A stretch of DNA of 21,361 bases, taken from contig JBHIDR010000010.1 in NCBI GenBank assembly GCA_046760225.1, forward strand, positions 1-21,361. The letters run 5' to 3'. The notes under the pieces are model-generated. The model saw only the letters and a list, made by a program, of their open reading frames with translations. It did no database searches and was not told the origin of the DNA. The position numbers and the translations under genes were made by a program. Every line of letters starts with the position of its first letter. Position 1 is the first letter of the stretch. Origin of the DNA: Candidatus Aenigmatarchaeota archaeon. GTDB lineage: Archaea > Aenigmatarchaeota > Aenigmatarchaeia > Aenigmatarchaeales > JACQIB01. Shown here piece after piece: positions 18,226 through 21,361 of the stretch.

Positions 18226-20043
18226 ATGAAATACTCTAAGATTATAAGGAGACCTATAAAGGACCACACTAAAATAAGGGACTACACTAAGGTTAAGAGT
18301 GCTGCTTCTGCTCCCAGAGTGAAGAAGAAAAGGAAGAGAAGGCGTAAAAATGACTACAGGCCTACAAATGAGCTTTATGAGATTCTTAAGGAAAGACCGA
18401 TGACAAGTGAGGAGCTCAGAGCAGCCGGTTACAGGGCATCTGATCTTTATAATCTGCCAGATGTTTCACGCTGGGGCGTATGTCTGGAAAAACCAGTGTT
18501 TTATATTCCAGGCCAAAATGAAGAAAAAACATCTAGTGAAAAGGAGGTGGAGCGTAGAATAATTGAATTCATAAAGACCAAGGATTATGAAGATACTGCA
18601 CTGTCTCTGATAAACAGTGCAAACTATTTTGATAAAGATTTTTTTGCTATGCTGGATTTCCTGCAAAGGTTTGACGTTGGTATAGAGGGGAAAGGGGGAA
18701 AGAGAATAAGATTCTGGGACGAGTTCACATTTTACAAGGTTTTGAGCGGCCTTTATGAGAACAAAAAACTTGAAGAAGTAGAGTGGTTAAAGGAAAAACT
18801 ACCCCTTATTGAAGAATCGAAGATTTCGCCGCTTACTCTTTTGGACTTGCAGCTGGCTGATGCATATGACCTTGTTTCAATAGGCCTATTGAGCCCTGCT
18901 AACACTGAGATGCCCCTGTATCAGTATTCTATTTGCGGGTACCTTGATGTGTGGTTTGAGCGTAACAATGTAAATTGGTCAAAACTGCTTGGAGATGAGA
19001 TTTTTGAGCTTAAACCCGAGCAATTAAAATGGCTGGAAGAACAAGGTCTGGCTGAGCGTTATAAAAAGCATAAGGAGCTCGGCAAACTTACAGTATATGG
19101 AAGAGAGGTCCTTGAATATCTTACCAATTGTACGTGCCTGCCTGGAGAAAACAGGGCCAAACAGATGGAGGAAATAGCAGAGAGATTTGTCAAGAGTGCA
19201 GAAGATGTTGGTAATGATATCAAAGACAAAGGTAAAAGGATATTTTATCAAATGAAAGCAAAGGAAGCATTCATGAAAGCAACAGAACTGCATGCTGATG
19301 AGAACAGAGGTATCAAGACAAAATCCACAAATGACCATATTGTTCCTGAAGAGAAGGAACTCTTTGAGACGTATGAGAGACTAGAAGCAAAGAGAAACGA
19401 GGTTCAAAACCAAATAATTTCTGAAGCACATGATGTTCTCCAAGATCCTCAAAAAACCGGTGAAGCAATAAAGGATTATAAGGATGCTTGTATATTCGCG
19501 CGTGTTTTCAATTATAATGTACCTAGAAATATAAATCGAAATATAAGCTGTAATAGCTTTGTAGAACGATCTACGGAAATCTTGACAGAAGAGTTCTATG
19601 ACTTAAAGAAGAAAATTAGGAGAACCAAGAAGCCAGGAAAAACAATAAAGGAATCTGAAAAACCAAGAAGAATAGTAATGGAAAAGGTAAATTTCTTGAA
19701 TAAGCTGACCCATACCCACAGTGACTTGGAGGAAACTTATATCAGTTATGCGGCTGTCTTTAAAAAATATGAAGAGATAGAAGAAGAAATAGAGAGAAGG
19801 CAACAGAGGGAATTAGAAGAAAAGGAAAGAGAACGTGTCCTGGAGTACATAATGAAACACAAGGATGGTGTTACACCAGCTGCAGCAGCTGGTGAGCTGA
19901 ATATGAAAGAAGAAGATGTTCATCGTTATGTTAAAGAACTGGAGGAAGAAGGCTTCATAGAGATTGATGATATAATAGATTTATGTTATTATCCAATAGA
20001 TAAGCGCTCCCTTACTGAAAAGCTTCTGGACGAAAGGTTGTGA
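18226..20043 (+). CDS. Hypothetical protein with C-terminal winged HTH; N-terminal IRRPIKDH peptide
   Basis: Track start is 18214, but ATG 18226 has a GGTGGT RBS and aligns with the start of ORF 17614. C-terminal RVLEYIMKHKDGVTPAAAAGELNMKEEDVHRYVKELEEEGFI is wHTH-like. Confidence 0.78.
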   Translation: MKYSKIIRRPIKDHTKIRDYTKVKSAASAPRVKKKRKRRRKNDYRPTNELYEILKERPMTSEELRAAGYRASDLYNLPDVSRWGVCLEKPVFYIPGQNEEKTSSEKEVERRIIEFIKTKDYEDTALSLINSANYFDKDFFAMLDFLQRFDVGIEGKGGKRIRFWDEFTFYKVLSGLYENKKLEEVEWLKEKLPLIEESKISPLTLLDLQLADAYDLVSIGLLSPANTEMPLYQYSICGYLDVWFERNNVNWSKLLGDEIFELKPEQLKWLEEQGLAERYKKHKELGKLTVYGREVLEYLTNCTCLPGENRAKQMEEIAERFVKSAEDVGNDIKDKGKRIFYQMKAKEAFMKATELHADENRGIKTKSTNDHIVPEEKELFETYERLEAKRNEVQNQIISEAHDVLQDPQKTGEAIKDYKDACIFARVFNYNVPRNINRNISCNSFVERSTEILTEEFYDLKKKIRRTKKPGKTIKESEKPRRIVMEKVNFLNKLTHTHSDLEETYISYAAVFKKYEEIEEEIERRQQRELEEKERERVLEYIMKHKDGVTPAAAAGELNMKEEDVHRYVKELEEEGFIEIDDIIDLCYYPIDKRSLTEKLLDERL

Positions 20044-20728
20044 TTAAAATTCTTCCAGCTTTTTCTGCTTCTTCTTGCCCTTTAGCATCTCTACTGTTAC
20101 CCAGCTGTGACGGACATAATGCGAGAAGTCTGGATTGTCAATAGCAGCCTTGACAAAGGCTATTGTGCGCTCGTCATGGGGATAGCCCACTCCGAGGTCG
20201 AACTTCACCTTCTTCTTTATCTTCCCTATCTCAGCATCTCTTTCCACCTTTGCTATTATTGATGCTGCTGACACAATCGGGTATCTCTCATCTGCCTTGT
20301 TCTCTGCTATTATTTCCGTGTGGTTCCTTGCCAGATTGAGAAGAATGTTCCTGAACTTTTCGGTTGACACCTGGGGTGCATCCACAATAGCCTTGTCTGC
20401 ACTAGCTTCCTTTATTATCCTTGCCATTGCTTCAGCTTCTATAATATTGAGGTTCTTTTTCTGGCGCAAGGTGTCAATGTTCCTTGCAGAAATCTTTACT
20501 ATATTATAACCTTTGAGGAGCTTCTTGAGCTCTGCATACATAAGCTCCCTTTTCTTTGGCGTCAGAAGTTTGCTGTCCTTGAGGCCAAGTGGAGCAAGCT
20601 TTTTCAGATTCCTTTCCTCTATGATAGCACCTGCTATTACTAGGGGGCCGACGACCGAACCTCTTACGGTAAGTCTAATATCAATTAGACTTATTTCCGC
20701 TTTCGTCAATCCCTAGGATTAGTGTCAC
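20044..20728 (-). CDS. rnhB: Ribonuclease HII, interrupted by a 31-nt putative intron (exon 1 20728-20695, exon 2 20663-20044; 217 aa spliced)
   Basis: Exon 1 from GTG 20728 encodes MTLILGIDESG. Exon 2 continues (R)GSVVGPLVIAG...LKDSKLL...VDA...ENKADERYPIVSAASIIAKVERD...GYPHD. GAGGTGA RBS 7 nt before the GTG; GTGA overlap with the upstream stop. Confidence 0.93.
20664..20694 (-). other. Putative bulge-helix-bulge/loop (tRNA-splicing-endonuclease type) mRNA intron, 31 nt
   Basis: Central helix GCGG/CCGU, 3-nt AAA bulge, perfect 10-bp stem UAAGUCUAAU/AUUAGACUUA with UGAU loop. Removal restores the reading frame and the GIDESGRG motif. Confidence 0.85.
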
Positions 20729-21361
20729 AATACATTCACCTCTTTATTTGTTGGTATTTTGTACCATAAATAATCCTTTCTTCTAACCAAACCTAATCTT
20801 TCTAATTCTTTTAATCTTCTATATGAAGATTTTGGACATACACCAAGTATATCTGAAATATCTTTTGTAGTTCGTGGTTTTCTTAATATTTTCATATATC
20901 TTTGTTTCACGCCTGAAATAAGAATTACATCAGCATCTTTCTGTACCCAGAAGTCTTTACTATAAACCCTAAAGTTTGATATCTTCCCTTCTTTCTTTAA
21001 TTCCGATAATGCTTTTTGAATCCTATTACGACCTCTATTGAATAAGGAAGCTAACTCTGTACTTGTTTTGGGGCTTGATAAATGAGATATTATATTGTTT
21101 TTGATAAAGTTATGGGAATAGTGCAATTCTTTGAATTCATTGTACATTCTCCAAAATTTCTTTTTCTTTTCTGGATGCAAGTCTGCAATTCTTATATTTG
21201 CTAACTTTTCCCAGTTGTATCTACCTGTTATCACGTATGATCTTTCACTTTTCTTAAATTTGAATGATATAGAAAAATGCTCAAGGATATTATCTATAAG
21301 TCTCATTCTCTGTTTTTGCGATATTCTTGCCCCAGCTTTTCCTTGCACAGTTTTTTGATTA
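20725..21361 (-). CDS. C-terminal part of a probable LAGLIDADG-like endonuclease-fold protein with two winged-HTH domains; 5' end outside the window
   Basis: Frame is open to the window edge (NQKTVQGKAG...). RISQ...LIDNILEHFSI...YVITGRYNWEKLA...LHPEKKKKF resembles the second half of a LAGLIDADG domain; two wHTH units follow (KTSTELASLF...LSELKKEGKI; RTTKDISDILGV...LKELERLGLV). About 30% GC in two hand-counted 60-nt lines. The LAGLIDADG motif itself is not visible. Confidence 0.55.
   Translation of the reverse strand, partial: NQKTVQGKAGARISQKQRMRLIDNILEHFSISFKFKKSERSYVITGRYNWEKLANIRIADLHPEKKKKFWRMYNEFKELHYSHNFIKNNIISHLSSPKTSTELASLFNRGRNRIQKALSELKKEGKISNFRVYSKDFWVQKDADVILISGVKQRYMKILRKPRTTKDISDILGVCPKSSYRRLKELERLGLVRRKDYLWYKIPTNKEVNVL
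20736..20742 (-). promoter_or_regulatory. Shine-Dalgarno GAGGTGA for the rnhB GTG start
   Basis: Strong match to the archaeal anti-SD, 7 nt upstream of GTG 20728. Confidence 0.75.

Noticed and set aside
6976..20043. Provirus or integrated plasmid
   Set aside because: No integrase, terminase, capsid, packaging ATPase, replication gene or att repeats recognised.
20665..20709. ORF-track N-terminus MTKAEISLIDIRLTV for RNase HII (TTG start at 20709)
   Set aside because: It lacks the catalytic GIDE residues, which are encoded in another frame from GTG 20728 with a strong RBS; it is read-through of exon 1 and intron sequence in the wrong frame.
20044..20728. rnhB as a simple pseudogene, or as a programmed frameshift or intein case
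   Set aside because: The rest of the gene is intact, the insert has an in-frame stop and is far too short for an intein, a frameshift would leave about 10 extra residues in the active-site motif, and BHB-rule excision restores the motif exactly. A pseudogene is not formally excluded without RNA data.
1..21361. tRNA, rRNA or CRISPR array
   Set aside because: Intergenic gaps are about 100 nt or shorter; no cloverleaf or regularly spaced direct repeats seen.

Overview
Gene-dense archaeal chromosome segment. Ribosomal L10e, a DUF1512-like protein, TATA-box promoters and abutting genes suggest a small DPANN-type genome (inference). Left part (1-6.9 kb): housekeeping and membrane genes, namely the 5' end of PEP synthase, rpl10e, zinc-ribbon proteins, DUF1512, a dolichol/phytol-kinase-like protein, a TraB-family protein and a site-2 protease. 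Middle (7-20 kb): a + strand block of mostly orphan genes with GGTGG ribosome-binding sites. It holds two apparently paralogous charged proteins, an IS6-like Zn-ribbon/HTH remnant, a membrane-anchored coiled-coil repeat protein, a 1781-aa multidomain surface protein, and two proteins sharing the N-terminal peptide IRRPIKDH. Right end: RNase HII, preceded by an AT-rich LAGLIDADG-like/double-HTH ORF. The standout result is that rnhB is split inside its catalytic GIDExGRG motif by a 31-nt insertion that folds as a bulge-helix-bulge/loop intron. Cutting it at the positions used by the archaeal tRNA splicing endonuclease exactly restores a full 217-aa RNase HII. This is a candidate mRNA intron in a protein-coding gene, sitting next to a possible free-standing homing endonuclease.
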